A stretch of 64,000 nucleotides of DNA from Octopus sinensis (lineage: Eukaryota): assembly GCF_006345805.1 (NCBI RefSeq), contig NC_043004.1, positions 67,146,001 to 67,210,000 on the forward strand, given 5' to 3'. The position numbers and the translations under genes were made by a program. The notes below the pieces were generated by a model that was given only the letters and a program-made list of their open reading frames with translations, was not told the origin of the DNA and did no database searches. Positions within the stretch are counted from its first letter, which is position 1. Every line of letters starts with the position of its first letter. Shown here piece by piece: positions 37,871 to 50,935 of this stretch.

Positions 37871-39509
37871 ATACACTAGAAACAAATCCCTTTGAAGTAA
37901 CATAGCGTAAGTGAGAGAAATACTGACTTATATCCCGATATACACTATCAGTAGCTAAATCTGGTATGCTTTTGATATAGTCTCATTTGGCCATTGCTAT
38001 CATTTGATTCAACATGAACATATGGAATCAGGGTATCGTATGTATATATCCTATTTTTTTTTCTAGTTTTGTATTAGATTTTTAATTAGAAAAAATGTCA
38101 TATTTTCAATTCTTAATTAATATGTTAGTAAAGAAATTGTTTGTTTAATGGCATGGAATTTACTGCATACAAAATATTTGAGACTTAAATTAAGTTAAAA
38201 AGCAGTCGGCAATATTGTTGGTATCTGCCTACCTATATCTGTAAGATTGGAAATTTGTCTTGAAACGTCTCCACTTCCAAAATTTGCACTTTACACACAA
38301 AAGCATCGGTAAACTAGAGAAGCAACGATCATGCAAAATCACACGAATTCAACTACAGAAAAGGGAAATATATTTTAGCAGTTTGATCTTTTACACTAAT
38401 CTTTCTCTTCCTCTGTCTCTTTCTCTCTCTGTATTTAAAGCAAACGTGATAAACGTAGGTCATATTTTCTCTCGAATTTCAGGAATCTGAAAATCTGCGA
38501 TCGATTTTTATTACGTAGATGAATTTACAAAGCCCATTGATTACAGTTGTTCTATGTTGCGCTGTCAGGACTTTTCTTCAGAATCCCTTACAGACTGTGA
38601 TTCATTTCATTTTTAAAATGAACGAGTTCAAGTTTATTCTGATCCAGAAATGTCGACTTTTGTCAATCTACAGTAAGGATCCATATAGTTAATGCGATTG
38701 TGCAAGCATGAAGCAGTGGGACTTTATCTTTCAAATGTTTCTTTCATTAAGAGAATGAATCAAATGTCACAAGACCCTGATTAACATTCTTTTAGAACAA
38801 AACATTCACGTAATACATGTTCAGTGGTTGGGAGTAGATGGAGAAATGCTATAGAATGCTGTCAATATATGCGAAATGCCATCTAAGTTTTCTCTTTTAA
38901 TACTGAAACGCGTCGGAAGAATGATCCAAGGAAGATAACTTATCGATTGTACTTTGTTGTAGTAAAGCAAACGTCTGTGGTTATTTTTTCTGCATGATTA
39001 TACAAAAGCTGTATGAAGTACAGACTGAAAGAGAGTGTTCGGTGAGTTATAACATTTTCAAAAGTTGTGACTCACATTATATGTTTGCTTAAGAAAACGC
39101 TCATAAACTTGTAAATGTCACCAATCCAATTTCTTCGTATTATTCTTAATGTATTCATGAACAATAGCTTTGATACCCATGAGGTCTCCTCGCACAGATC
39201 AATTAATCACTGACTGTACTCGCACAGCTGTATGTTTCGTGAAGTTGTTGGAAATGGGGTTCTGAACGTATGTGTTCTGTGGAAGGCGACGTTTCCAGTT
39301 GCAGCTTCCAGAATTTTCACCAGCAATGGGCATCCCCTAGTACTTATTATCGACGGTTTTATCAGTCATGTGCATTGTTATCAATAAGGTAATAGTTTGA
39401 ATTATTCCTAATATTTTAAATTGTGGTTTAGTCAGTATAAAAACCTATACAATACGATTCTACTCACCTAGTAATGCTGAATGCGAAGTTCATAGGAAAA
39501 CAGTAAGAT

Positions 39510-39525
39510 AGATAGATATATATAT

Positions 39526-39563
<38 letters not shown>

Positions 39564-39592
39564 TGATAAATTGATAGACTGATTGATAAATT

Positions 39593-39649
<57 letters not shown>

Positions 39650-39670
39650 TTAAATATATAGATAAACAGA
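39510..39670 (+). repeat. (GATA)n tetranucleotide microsatellite
   Basis: Read directly; contains a duplicated gattgataaattgataga interruption. Confidence 0.95.
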
Positions 39671-39861
39671 CAGATAGATATACAAATAGTATATGTGTAT
39701 GTACGTTTTTATGCTTGTGATTTCCCCCTATCGCAACTTGACAATCGGTGTTTGTTTACAGCTTTGTAATCTGGATTTTTGGCAAAAGGGATCAACGACA
39801 AAAATTAGTACAGTGGGCTATTCGTTTGAAAGAATCCCTAACATAAATTCTTTTCTACTCT

Positions 39862-40062
39862 AGGCACAAGGGCCGATATTTTGGAGGAAGGTTCCAGTCG
39901 GTTAGTTCCACCCGAGTGCGCAACTAGTACTTAATTTATCGACCACGAAAGGATGCAGAGCAAGGTCAACCCCGGCAGAATATGAACGCAGAACCTAAAT
40001 ACAGACTAAATACCGCTAAGCATTTCCCCCAGCGTGGTAACATTTTTGCCAGCTCGCAATCT
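39862..40062 (-). mobile_element. SINE family B
   Basis: Reverse complement of the family B head and body. Confidence 0.75.
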
Positions 40063-40216
40063 TAACCCTAACAAAAATTAAGACATCAAAAGTAATATGT
40101 GCGTCCGTGCGCGCACCTGTTTGTGTATGCTTATGTATGTATTTGTGTAAGTAATTTGTTTGTATGTATTACTCTAATGATTTGAGTTCGAAACCTCATG
40201 AAATATTTATTGGATA

Positions 40217-40432
40217 AAGTGGCGAGCTTCCAGAAACGTTAGCAAGCGTGGCGAAATGCTTAGCGATATTTCCTCTGCCTTTACGCTTTGAGTTCAAATT
40301 CTGCCGAGGTCGACTTTGCCTTGTATCGTTTTAGAGTCGATAAATTAAGTACCAGTTGCATACTGGGGTCTATCTAATCGACCGGCCTCCTCCCACCAAA
40401 ATTTCGGGCATTTTGCCTAGATTTGAAAAGAA
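40217..40432 (+). mobile_element. SINE family B
   Basis: gtggcgagcttccagaaacgttagc...gagttcaaattctgccgaggtcgactttgcc...gataaattaagtaccagttgcatactggggtc. Confidence 0.8.
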
Positions 40433-41606
40433 TATTTATTGGATGGGAAGCCTACTTTCACCATACAAAATCTCTCCGTCACCCAGGCGCTTCCAAATTT
40501 ATATATTATATATTAAAAAGAATAGAAATTATAGTAGCATGAAAGCTTTGATGACGTAGCTTTGTTAGATTGTGTTGCTGGCCGAGACATTCAAATCATT
40601 ATCGCCCTTCTTGTAAAAGGAGAAATATATATACGATAAAAATAATTATTTATTAATTCTTCAGTTTATTGTTAAATTTAAATTATTAGTCGACAAAACA
40701 AGAAGCAGGCATTTGCCACTAGAACAGGAAAGCATGATTGATTCGGTGGTTTATGATGCTGGAGTCCACACATTGGTCCAAGTCCGAACTAATGAATCTG
40801 AAAAGACAATGTACATTCCTATACGGGAAAATGACTTTGAAAAAAGACATGCTTTTTGATGTTCTTTTACACATGAGAATAAGAAGAAAGCCAAGGGTTT
40901 AGTTAGCCACATCGGATATTCAACGATGCACTACACATCATCAATTTGAGAATCAAAGGACCATCTAGGCAATACTATAATGGATCTAACAGATGAAGCT
41001 GTTTTAGACAAGAGATCGTATGTCTTACTGTATCCTAAATTCTATGTCTGCAATTTTCATTAAATATTAGAATCTGGAAAAATATGTGTTATTGAACTGG
41101 AAATACCACCCTCTACGGATTAAGCATGCAGCCACGCAACGTTTTACCTTTACCTGTTAAATTAATTACACCAGTCATATTATTGTCGTCTCTGTCTGGT
41201 CAATGCACGGTACTCGTCATTCATGCATTTCATATGTTTTCATTTATCTTATCCTAACTTTCATTTTGCATTTATCATCACGTTTTTCCACTCTGTATCC
41301 TGTTTTTCTCGAATAGCATTCATGTTTTATTATAGAATTTCAGAGATTGTCTTGAAATACACGGCAGGCTATGCAAGCTTATCCGCCCATCATGTTTTGT
41401 ATAATGATATTGATACGACACAAATACGCAGGTGTCGATAGATCTAAAACATAATAGGAGAAAACAAAACTGTTTGTTTGTACCTGATTACCAGATTAGG
41501 CCTTTGTTAGTTACCTTAATTGTCTACTTCGTGTTCTTTATAATGTTATTATTCTGTATTATTTTGTCTTAGAACTCAGAAAAAGTCCACAAATTAGACA
41601 TTGCAA

Positions 41607-41711
<105 letters not shown>

Positions 41712-41931
41712 CAGCAGTGTCGGTGCCAAGCATGGTTTAGGCATAAGCAAACTAGGCTTTCTAGAATGTGTTTCTGATATATTTCAATTTCTAATGGTAA
41801 ATTCAATGCAGTTACAGTGAAGAAAAACATCTACCGTGTTAAAATACATACACACACACACACACACACGCACACAAACACACTTAACACACACATATAT
41901 ATATATATAAGTATGTATGTATATGTATATG

Positions 41932-41966
<35 letters not shown>

Positions 41967-42051
41967 ATACATACACATATAGGTATCTATGTATGTATGC
42001 ATGTATGTATGTATATATATATATACATATATATGTATATATATATATATA

Positions 42052-42556
42052 TATTGTATAAAAGATCGTGTGTAAGGCCAGAACAATGTGAAGTAAATGC
42101 AAGACAAATTCCAGGAAAAGAAATATATGAATTAATGTAGACTTACCTTGCATTCAATATTTCGGGGTCGTGACTCCATTTTCAAGAAACTGACAAATGT
42201 TGCCGATGTGCGTGTGTTTGCACTTGTGTGGAGTGGAAAGATCTACGGAAATTTCAGGCGCAGGAATTCACAGTGCACATCAGAGCAACACCAAAAATAC
42301 CCAGATATCAACAAAAGAATAGAGTTACAGGAAGCTAGCTTGTTGCTATGGCAACACCTTTCCACGCATGTTCACTCCACCCACGCTCACACACACGCAC
42401 ATCGGCAATATTCGTCAGTTTCTTGAAAATGGGGTCATAACCGCGAAATAGTGATTGCAAAATAAGTTTTCATCAATTCATACATTTTTCTTGGGATTTG
42501 CCTTGCATTTACTTTGCATTGTTGTGGACTTACGCACGAGCCTTTATAAAAATATT
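42052..42556. mobile_element. Old fold-back/MITE-like element (~200 bp arms, ~110 bp spacer) between TA-rich tracts
   Basis: 42052-42250 pairs with 42360-42556 (e.g. ccattttcaagaaactgac / gtcagtttcttgaaaatgg), roughly 80% identity by eye. Confidence 0.8.
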
Positions 42557-42597
42557 GTACACAACACTTCATAGTAATTATTACACATACATATGTA

Positions 42598-42628
<31 letters not shown>

Positions 42629-42666
42629 TTAAAAAGGAGATGTGGAACACGAGTTGTGATATATAA

Positions 42667-42969
42667 AAAGGAAATGAAGAAAATGCTGTCAAAATAATTT
42701 AAGTAATTTAATTAGGGGAAAGTTCTTTTTAGCGGTTGCGCATTTGTTATGCTTATCAAAATATATTTTTTAAAGAGAGATTAGAGTTCCTTTCTGATAG
42801 ATGTTTTCCTCTAAGAGGAAAAAATCTATCATAAAAGGAACTCTAATCTCTCTTTAAAAAATGTATTTTGATAAGCATAACAAATGCGCAACCGGTAAAA
42901 ATAACTTTCCCCTAATTAAATTACTTAAATTACTTAAATTATTTTGTCAGCATTTTCTTCATTTCCTTT
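42667..42969. repeat. ~303 bp near-perfect palindrome, ~1 nt centre, TA-flanked
   Basis: aaaggaaatgaagaaaatgctg...ttttcctct-a-agaggaaaa...cagcattttcttcatttccttt; the right arm has an extra ttaaattac duplication. Confidence 0.9.
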
Positions 42970-43825
42970 ATATATATATATATATATATATATACACCTA
43001 CGTAGACGTATCTCTCTGTCGTTTGCCATTTTCTGTTTAATTTCTCGATAGAGAAAAGAAAACATTAATTTAACTGACCTTTGTATGTACTGTATAGTAG
43101 CAAATGCAGCGAATCATATATATTAGTGATATAGTGATAGGTAACTTGTGTTGACGTATATGAAAATACTATTTTGATGTTTGACTAGACAAGGAAGAAG
43201 TGACTAATTTCGAGTAAAAGTGTTTTATGATAGAATTAGTATAGGAAATAGGATCATTTTATCAACATATGAACGTAGTAAAGTAGCATTGATTAACAGA
43301 AGCATTGGAATTTATGTCTTAGTGATGATAGTACATGCTGAGAGAACACTGGTTAGGTATAAACATATATTCATAAGGAACAGCCTCAACTGTCATCTTG
43401 TATGAGTTGTACAAGTAATTCTTTGTTGTTAAGAAGTATCAAGTCACAATGCAGTGTTAGATTATTTTCCTTTTTCTTTGCTGTAAACGTATAGAAACAT
43501 CCCGTTGGGTGGGTCAAAGCACCGTAAGTGAAATTTTGCCAAAAATAATGAAAATGAATCGAAGGAAGCATTACAGCTCTGGAGTTGTAGACCTAAACCG
43601 GAAGCCAACTTGAAACGACATTTTACTCCTAAGCATACTTAAATGAGTCCTCACATTTGAGAGTTACCTTACAAGATCTTAAGCTTAATTATGACTTCAT
43701 AAACTACCCCTTACAATATCGGGGGACCAGATAACATTGTATCAACGTTAACTCATTAATACGGATATATAACCCTCAGCATTGTCAGAAACTTTCTGTT
43801 TGCTCACTTTTTTACCTTGTTCGTG

Positions 43826-43874
<49 letters not shown>

Positions 43875-43902
43875 TATATATATACACACACATATATATA
43901 TA

Positions 43903-44095
43903 TATGTAGCTCCCGGGTTGAGTCGGGGTTAACCACAGTAAATAAGGTACTCAATACATAGCAGAGTAAATTAATTTATTTTATAGAATCTATTAAATAA
44001 TTAAATAGAATCTATAAAATAAATTAATTTACTCTGCTATGTATTGAGTACCTTATTTACTGTGGTTAACCCCGACTCAACCCGGGACCTACATA
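43903..44095. repeat. 193 bp near-perfect palindrome
   Basis: tatgtag.tcccgggttgagtcggggttaaccacagtaaataaggtactcaatacatagcagagtaaattaatttattttatagaatctatt, ~9 nt loop, then the reverse complement. Confidence 0.92.
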
Positions 44096-44138
44096 TCCTA
44101 GCACACCCCAGTGCCCTTATAACCATCACCAAGAAAAA

Positions 44139-44255
44139 ATGCTGACAAGAATCGACCTCAACACTTCCTTGAAGAACATTACTATCCCACCAAGGAAACA
44201 GTACCAAAAAGCCCTTATAAGACGGACTGATGAAAAAAGAAGCTGCTTCTATAAA
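44139..44255 (+). pseudogene. N-terminal fragment of a Penelope-like element ORF
   Basis: [33 protein letters not shown] resembles the YSLKNIPIPS..Y.K.LI.K.E N-terminus recalled for marine-invertebrate PLE RT proteins; fused to the palindrome and truncated into (TA)n. Confidence 0.55.
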
Positions 44256-44293
<38 letters not shown>

Positions 44294-44304
44294 TATATAT
44301 ATAT

Positions 44305-44374
<70 letters not shown>

Positions 44375-44418
44375 ATATATATATACACACACACATATAT
44401 ATATATGCTTATTATTAG

Positions 44419-44496
<78 letters not shown>

Positions 44497-44602
44497 GTAA
44501 TAATAAGCAAATAATTAGCATGTCTATATATACATACGCATATATATGGATGTGCGTATAGAAAAACAGATATACATATATAGATAGATAGACATATAGA
44601 TA

Positions 44603-44849
44603 TACATGTTGGGCCAAATTTCACGTAAAAAATAAGATTAATATGAACCGGAACACTCAAAGACATGCTTCAATTTTTCTAAAATTGAATAAAATAATTA
44701 AGATATTGAAAAATACACACGGGCTCCTACTTGATAAAAAAATGATTAATAATATCTAATATCAACATGCTATATATACATACACACATATATATATATA
44801 TATATATATAAAACCTCAAATGTTTCAGTACGTGAATTTTTGGTCCACG

Positions 44850-44854
<5 letters not shown>
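44603..44854. mobile_element. Possible old Tc1-like MITE
   Basis: tacatgttgggccaaatttcacgta vs (reverse complement) tacagcgtggaccaaaaattcacgta; TA termini. Confidence 0.4.
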
Positions 44855-44934
<80 letters not shown>

Positions 44935-45204
44935 CATGTTTGTGCATGCATTGAAATATTTAAGAGTTTTACTCGAGTAATTTTATATTAAAATCAATAG
45001 ATGAAATGCTTTGAGAATCTTATCATGTAAAAAAGGAGAGAAAGATTCACTCATGCAATATGAAAAGGGAAACGTATTAAATTAGATTAAAATTATTTTT
45101 CACGTTTTCTTTAAAATTCTCGGGGAAACGGTGGTTAGCTTTCCTGTGAAGGCTGCATTGTTATTAGAACAGGTGTAACAAATTGAATAGAGGCACTAAT
45201 ATAA

Positions 45205-45602
45205 TCTTTTCTACTCTAGGCATATTAGATCGAACCCAGTACGCAAATGGAGCTTATTTTATCGACCACTAAATGATGAAAATCAAACCAGCCTCGGCGG
45301 AATTTGAACTCAGAACATATAGACAGGCGAAATGCCGCTAAGCATTTCGCCCGGTCTGCTACCCTTTCTTATTTTTTTATTGCCCATAAGGGCTAACTAT
45401 AGAGGGGGCAAACAAGGACAAACGGAGGGATTAAGTCGATTACATCGTCTCCAGTGCGAAGCTGGTACTTAATTTATCGACCACGAAATGATGAAAGGCC
45501 AAGTCGACCCCAGCGGAATTTGAACTCAGAACGTATCGGCAGACGAAATTCCGCTAAGTATTTCGCCCAGTGTGCTAAATTTTCTGCCAGTTCGCCGCCT
45601 TA
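45205..45602 (-). mobile_element. Two tandem SINE family B copies (45205-45360, 45365-45602)
   Basis: Two successive ggcggaatttgaactcagaac...gaaatgccgctaagcatttcgccc blocks. Confidence 0.8.
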
Positions 45603-45910
45603 GAGACACTAATATATTGTTACTTCTTGTGGAAGCATTAGTAGTGATATATTTGACCTAGCTGGCTAGATGAATATGAAAGTGTGGTCTGTAATGCTGT
45701 GCGAGTTCGTATTCTTGTGCGGAAAGTAAGTTACAGCAATAAGAGAGGTCGCAATCGTATATGCTGTATTTGTAGAACCATTGACAACACATGTAGCATC
45801 TTAAATACCTGTTGTATTATTATTAGAGGGACAAATGGGAGAAGCTGTAATGACAGTGGTCTCTTACCCTCCGTCTGACAATCATTTATTGATGGAGACG
45901 TAAAAGCAAC

Positions 45911-46005
<95 letters not shown>

Positions 46006-47384
46006 CAGTAGTCTTTTCTCTCGCTCAGCGGCAGAGAATTGGTCGTTATTACGTAATTTTTTTTTTCATTTGTGTTGCGATGGCTACCAAAATGTGATGT
46101 AAAAGATCGTAGATAGCTGAGAAATTTGTTTGTTGTAGTTCACAGCCGAAGATTGTCGTACAATTTTATGTTTCATTGATGAGTTTTGGGGGTATTTCTC
46201 TGGTTATTTCTCATTCAAGTGTGTTGACGAATTTTGATGTCCATATTGAAAGTAGATTCTTCTGATATCTCGTTTTTTTTTTTGTGAGGTACTACTGTCT
46301 TGAGGAATGTTTATAAATTATGAGGTCATTATTTTCCTAAATTCTTTAGATTAATATTCGTCGGTTTTAAAACCTCATTTATATAACATTTTTTCTCAAC
46401 TACGCTTCAGATAAGTGTTGTCTGAGATATACGGTCGGCAGTGTTCCCACCTTTAAAGTTATTACAATTAAATATTCCACAGCATTGGAATGTTCAACCC
46501 TATACTTTTAACTGAATTCTATTTGGGGTTTCTGGATTGTTGATCAATCAATTTCATTTTTTTTACCTCAGTAATCTATGATTATGGGACAAGAATTTTC
46601 ATATTCATTTTGTCTAATAAATATTTCTTTGCACGTTTCGAAACATTTTCCCAGATTTACAAAATGTTTGTATGTTATTTAAGTTTTTTATTATAATCCA
46701 TTGTTTACTTGGAGAGGAACAGGTGTTCAAACGAACTGGTTGATTATTGTTAGCCGATTTGCATTTATTTACTTTGGTTCATTAAGGATTTTTCATTTAT
46801 AATTAAATTTGTAATTAAAACCTAATATCGGTGGCATTTTCTTTCCCGCAAATATCATGAGATATACACGCGCACTCACACACAAACACATTCAGATAAA
46901 CACACACATTCGCGTACATAAATACACATACGCATACACACACATACATACACATATCCCCCTCCACACACACAAACATAGACGTATTTTATAGAAGTAT
47001 TATTAATACCAAATAGCGATTTTATATCCTATTTAAAGTGGATATATTATATGAACGAGTATACACTGCGGTATTCTCCTAAAGGGATACTCCCATAGAG
47101 ACGTAGCACTGATTCGGAGACGAACTAAATTTTTGGTAGGGTGGGAACGGTTCTAAAATTTACAGAATTCATTTGAAAAAGAATTTCGCCGCTGTCTTCT
47201 TTGTTGCAAACAATTGTAGCATGTCGCTGGTCGAGCGTAGCCTGACAGAAACAGTTCCTTCTGGAAGGATGGTTAGATTCACTAAATTCGATCGTGGAAT
47301 ATATATATAGAGAGATAGAAATCGATATAAAAATATAACAATATATATATATATCAAAATAAGCAACAAGGATATCCAGAGGTA

Positions 47385-47478
47385 ATGCAGTACGATCGTT
47401 TCATGCGACTCCATTTAATTGAACAATGCAATCATTTCATTATATCAATTTAAAATGTAGACTAATCTTCAGCTACAC
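47385..47478 (-). ncRNA. Second type I hammerhead copy (same family as 34441)
   Basis: Minus strand GTGTAG CTGAAGA ttagtc...gtcgcat GAAA CGATCG TA CTGCAT; stem I held by G-U pairs, GUA triplet, proximal stem II imperfect. Confidence 0.6.
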
Positions 47479-48178
47479 AAAGACATAGAATTTAATTAAA
47501 TTAGAATGATACATTAGTATAATTTTACCCAAAATCTCCAAGAGGATAAGGAGATAGAGAAAGAACAAGTTTTACCAACACCATCACAAAGATTTATATA
47601 TATATACATATATATATATGTTGTTATTATATCAACATATATGTGTGCATGTGTGTGTGTGTCTCTGAATGTATACGTCTAAATGTCAACAGCGAGATAG
47701 ATAAAAATATAGTTATATCAACACACCCATACATATATATCTACGTATTTATGTATGTATGTATGTATGTATAAATGTATATGGGGAGTGTATTACTCAT
47801 CAAATATTTTCGATAACTACGACAGAGTCATTACTTAGAATAGTTAGAGAATGTGGAGATTTGTAACACATCAGGTTAGCATAAATTCTACTAATATTTT
47901 GTAAGGAGAACAGATTCACGTCTGCCTCGGGTAAAAATGTAATGTGTATCAATATAATTTATTGTAATATAAAAGAAGTAATATAGATTTTCAATGGAAA
48001 CTTCCAAACAGTTCATATACTTGCAATCATGACTGTAATATTAATTCTATAATATGTAGCATATTTTTTTCGTAATTTTTTTCTGCCATACATTTTAATA
48101 TGCATGATAAATATACACACATTCATACAAAATGCATACATATATCTCCACACAAACACAAGCATCGAAACGCTATAA

Positions 48179-48231
<53 letters not shown>

Positions 48232-49405
48232 ACGACCAACCAATGAATATCGCCTATGTGTGTTACTAACTTCATTTTTTCATTCTGAAACATATTCACA
48301 CACATAAAAGCGAGTATGTGCACTAATACAGACTTTTCTGTGTACGAAAGGAGCATTTCCAAAGACACATCTATCATACATATGTTCGTGTGTGTGCGTC
48401 TGTATGTCTGTCTATCTGTCTGTGTATATGCACGTGCATGTGTATGTATGTTTCGCGTATTTGAAATTATGCATAGATGCAGGAAATCAATTCACAAAAT
48501 GATTTGCATAAGCACATCTATGATTTTGTGTGCAAATGTGTAGATTCAGCTAAGACACGCTTCTACACAAATAATGTTTCAACCGCATACACCAAATTAT
48601 ATACACCCTTACACACAAAGACGCACACAAACGCACTTATGTATATGTTCGTGTGTACGTACACACACATAGACACACACACACATACACGTATATGTAT
48701 CCGTGCATATATATATATATACGTACGCGATATACATAACATGCTGGCTGTGTGTATGTATATATACATATATAAATATGCATGTATATATATATATATA
48801 TATACATACATACATATACAGGATATACATGTATATTGATACATATGTAAAAATATATACATAAATAAATATATATATGCATGTGTTTAAATATATATAT
48901 ATATGTATTTATATGTATGTGTGCATGCATATATGTATGTATGTGTATCTATATGGGCGAAGAAAATGGCGGACAGAGCAGAGAAGAGAGGATGAGTTAT
49001 GTTGGTGTGTAAGTATTTATGTAGACATGTATATTAGAATTGAAATTCCATACGTCTGTTCCATTACCTGTTTTTCGGATCAATTCCACTGTCAAATACA
49101 ATCGATATTCGTTCCATTCTATGTTTCTGCTGCTTCTGAAATATATTGTGTTAGGAATAAAGTAATTGATTCTTTCAATATCTGTATTCATACCATGAAA
49201 TAGCTTACCATACGAAAAAAAAAATTCAAACAGAAAATAATATACAAGACAATCCCTGAAGATGTTGAATTCAAAATACGCACACACACACACATTTAAA
49301 AATTGTGAAATATTGCCAGAAATATAGCATTGGATGTTTATGTTGGAAAAGTTTTACTGGACTCACACGCACACACGTACGCACGCACACACACACACAC
49401 ACAAA

Positions 49406-49456
<51 letters not shown>

Positions 49457-49822
49457 CACACATGTATGCGCATACTTTGTTTCGGAAGCTACACAGTCAA
49501 TAATAACAGAAAGGGTATTCTGCCGCCGGTGTTATGGAGTTTATTCACACATGCACTCACACATGTGTATATATCTATGTCATTATGTATGTATTCTTTA
49601 CCCCTTCCACTTCTGGCAGTCAGTAGAGTGCGACCATGCTGCAGCAAGGCTTTAATGCTTTTAATCGAACAAATATAACCCAGTACTTTTTCTAAAGATG
49701 GTACTTCATGTATCTCAAATTTTTTCTAGAATCCCTAGGTTAAGCATACGTAGAAAAAAACAACGCTGATTTTCAAGCGGTGGCATGAGACGAACACAAG
49801 CAGAAAGTACACAAACACACAC

Positions 49823-49855
<33 letters not shown>

Positions 49856-50137
49856 AATACACGTAGGTATATTTTTACGTGTGTTTGTGTATGTGAGTGC
49901 GTATGTTTACGTACAGTTAGATATGGAAATCTGGAGACATATGTAGAGTTATTGTAACATTTATACACATCGAGTAATGTTTGCACATTGCTTTCTTTTT
50001 GCGAAATATATATTCTAACACCGTTATGTGATTCCAAGACTCCAGAAACAGTTTTCGGGCCGTACATACTACAATTTGGTTTCTACGACTTTATATACCA
50101 TGTAAATATTCTTTGCAAATATGCTTATATACACATA

Positions 50138-50337
50138 CTTTTTACTTGTTTCAGTCATTTGATTACGGCCCTGCTGGAGCACCGACTTTAGTCGAGCAAA
50201 TCGACGCCAGGACGTATTCTTTGTAAGCCCAGTACTTATTCTATCGGTCTCTTTTGCCGAACGGCTAAGTTACGGGGACGTAAAGACACCAGCATCGGTT
50301 GTCAAGCAATGATAGGGGGACAAACACTGACACACAA

Positions 50338-50372
<35 letters not shown>

Positions 50373-50548
50373 GACATATATACGACAGGCTTCTTTCAGT
50401 TTCCGTCTACCAAATCCACTCACAAGGCATTGGTCGGCCCGGGGCTATAGCAGAAGACACTTGCCCAAGATGCCACGCAGTGGGACTGAACCCAGATCCA
50501 TGTGGTTGGTAAACAAGCTACAGACCACACAGCCACTCCTGCGCCTAT
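50138..50548 (-). mobile_element. Full-length SINE family A
   Basis: Reverse complement of the family A consensus. Confidence 0.9.
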
Positions 50549-50634
50549 ATATTTATACATGAATATTCATAGTGTGAATATGTTCGCACTTTGTCACTAT
50601 CTATATATTTATATATATATATATATCATCCTTT

Positions 50635-50935
50635 TATTCTTTCACTTGTATCAGTAATTTGACTGCAGCCATGCTGGAGCACCACCTTTAGTACACCCAG
50701 GACTTATTCTTTATAAGCCTAGTATTTATTGGATCCATCTAAGTTACGGGGCCATAGACATAGGAACATTTGTTGTCAAGCGATGGTAAAAGGAGAAACA
50801 TCGACACATAAACATATGCATATAGATATGTATACATAGGACGGTTTTCTTTTAGTTTCTGTCTACCAAATCCATTCACGAATCTTTGGTCGGCCCGAGT
50901 CTATAGCAGAAGGCATGGCAATTACCCAAGCTGCC
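50635..50935 (-). mobile_element. Degraded SINE family A
   Basis: gactgcagccatgctggagcaccacc...ctaccaaatccattcacgaatctttggtcggcccgag. Confidence 0.75.

Noticed and set aside
42190-42250. CTGAC(G/A)A and GAAAGATCTA in the 42052 fold-back arm
   Set aside because: Stems I and II do not form.
48960-49010. AAAATGGCGG (YY1-like) followed by a gtaagt donor
   Set aside because: The ATG frame stops after 9 codons and no other promoter evidence is present.
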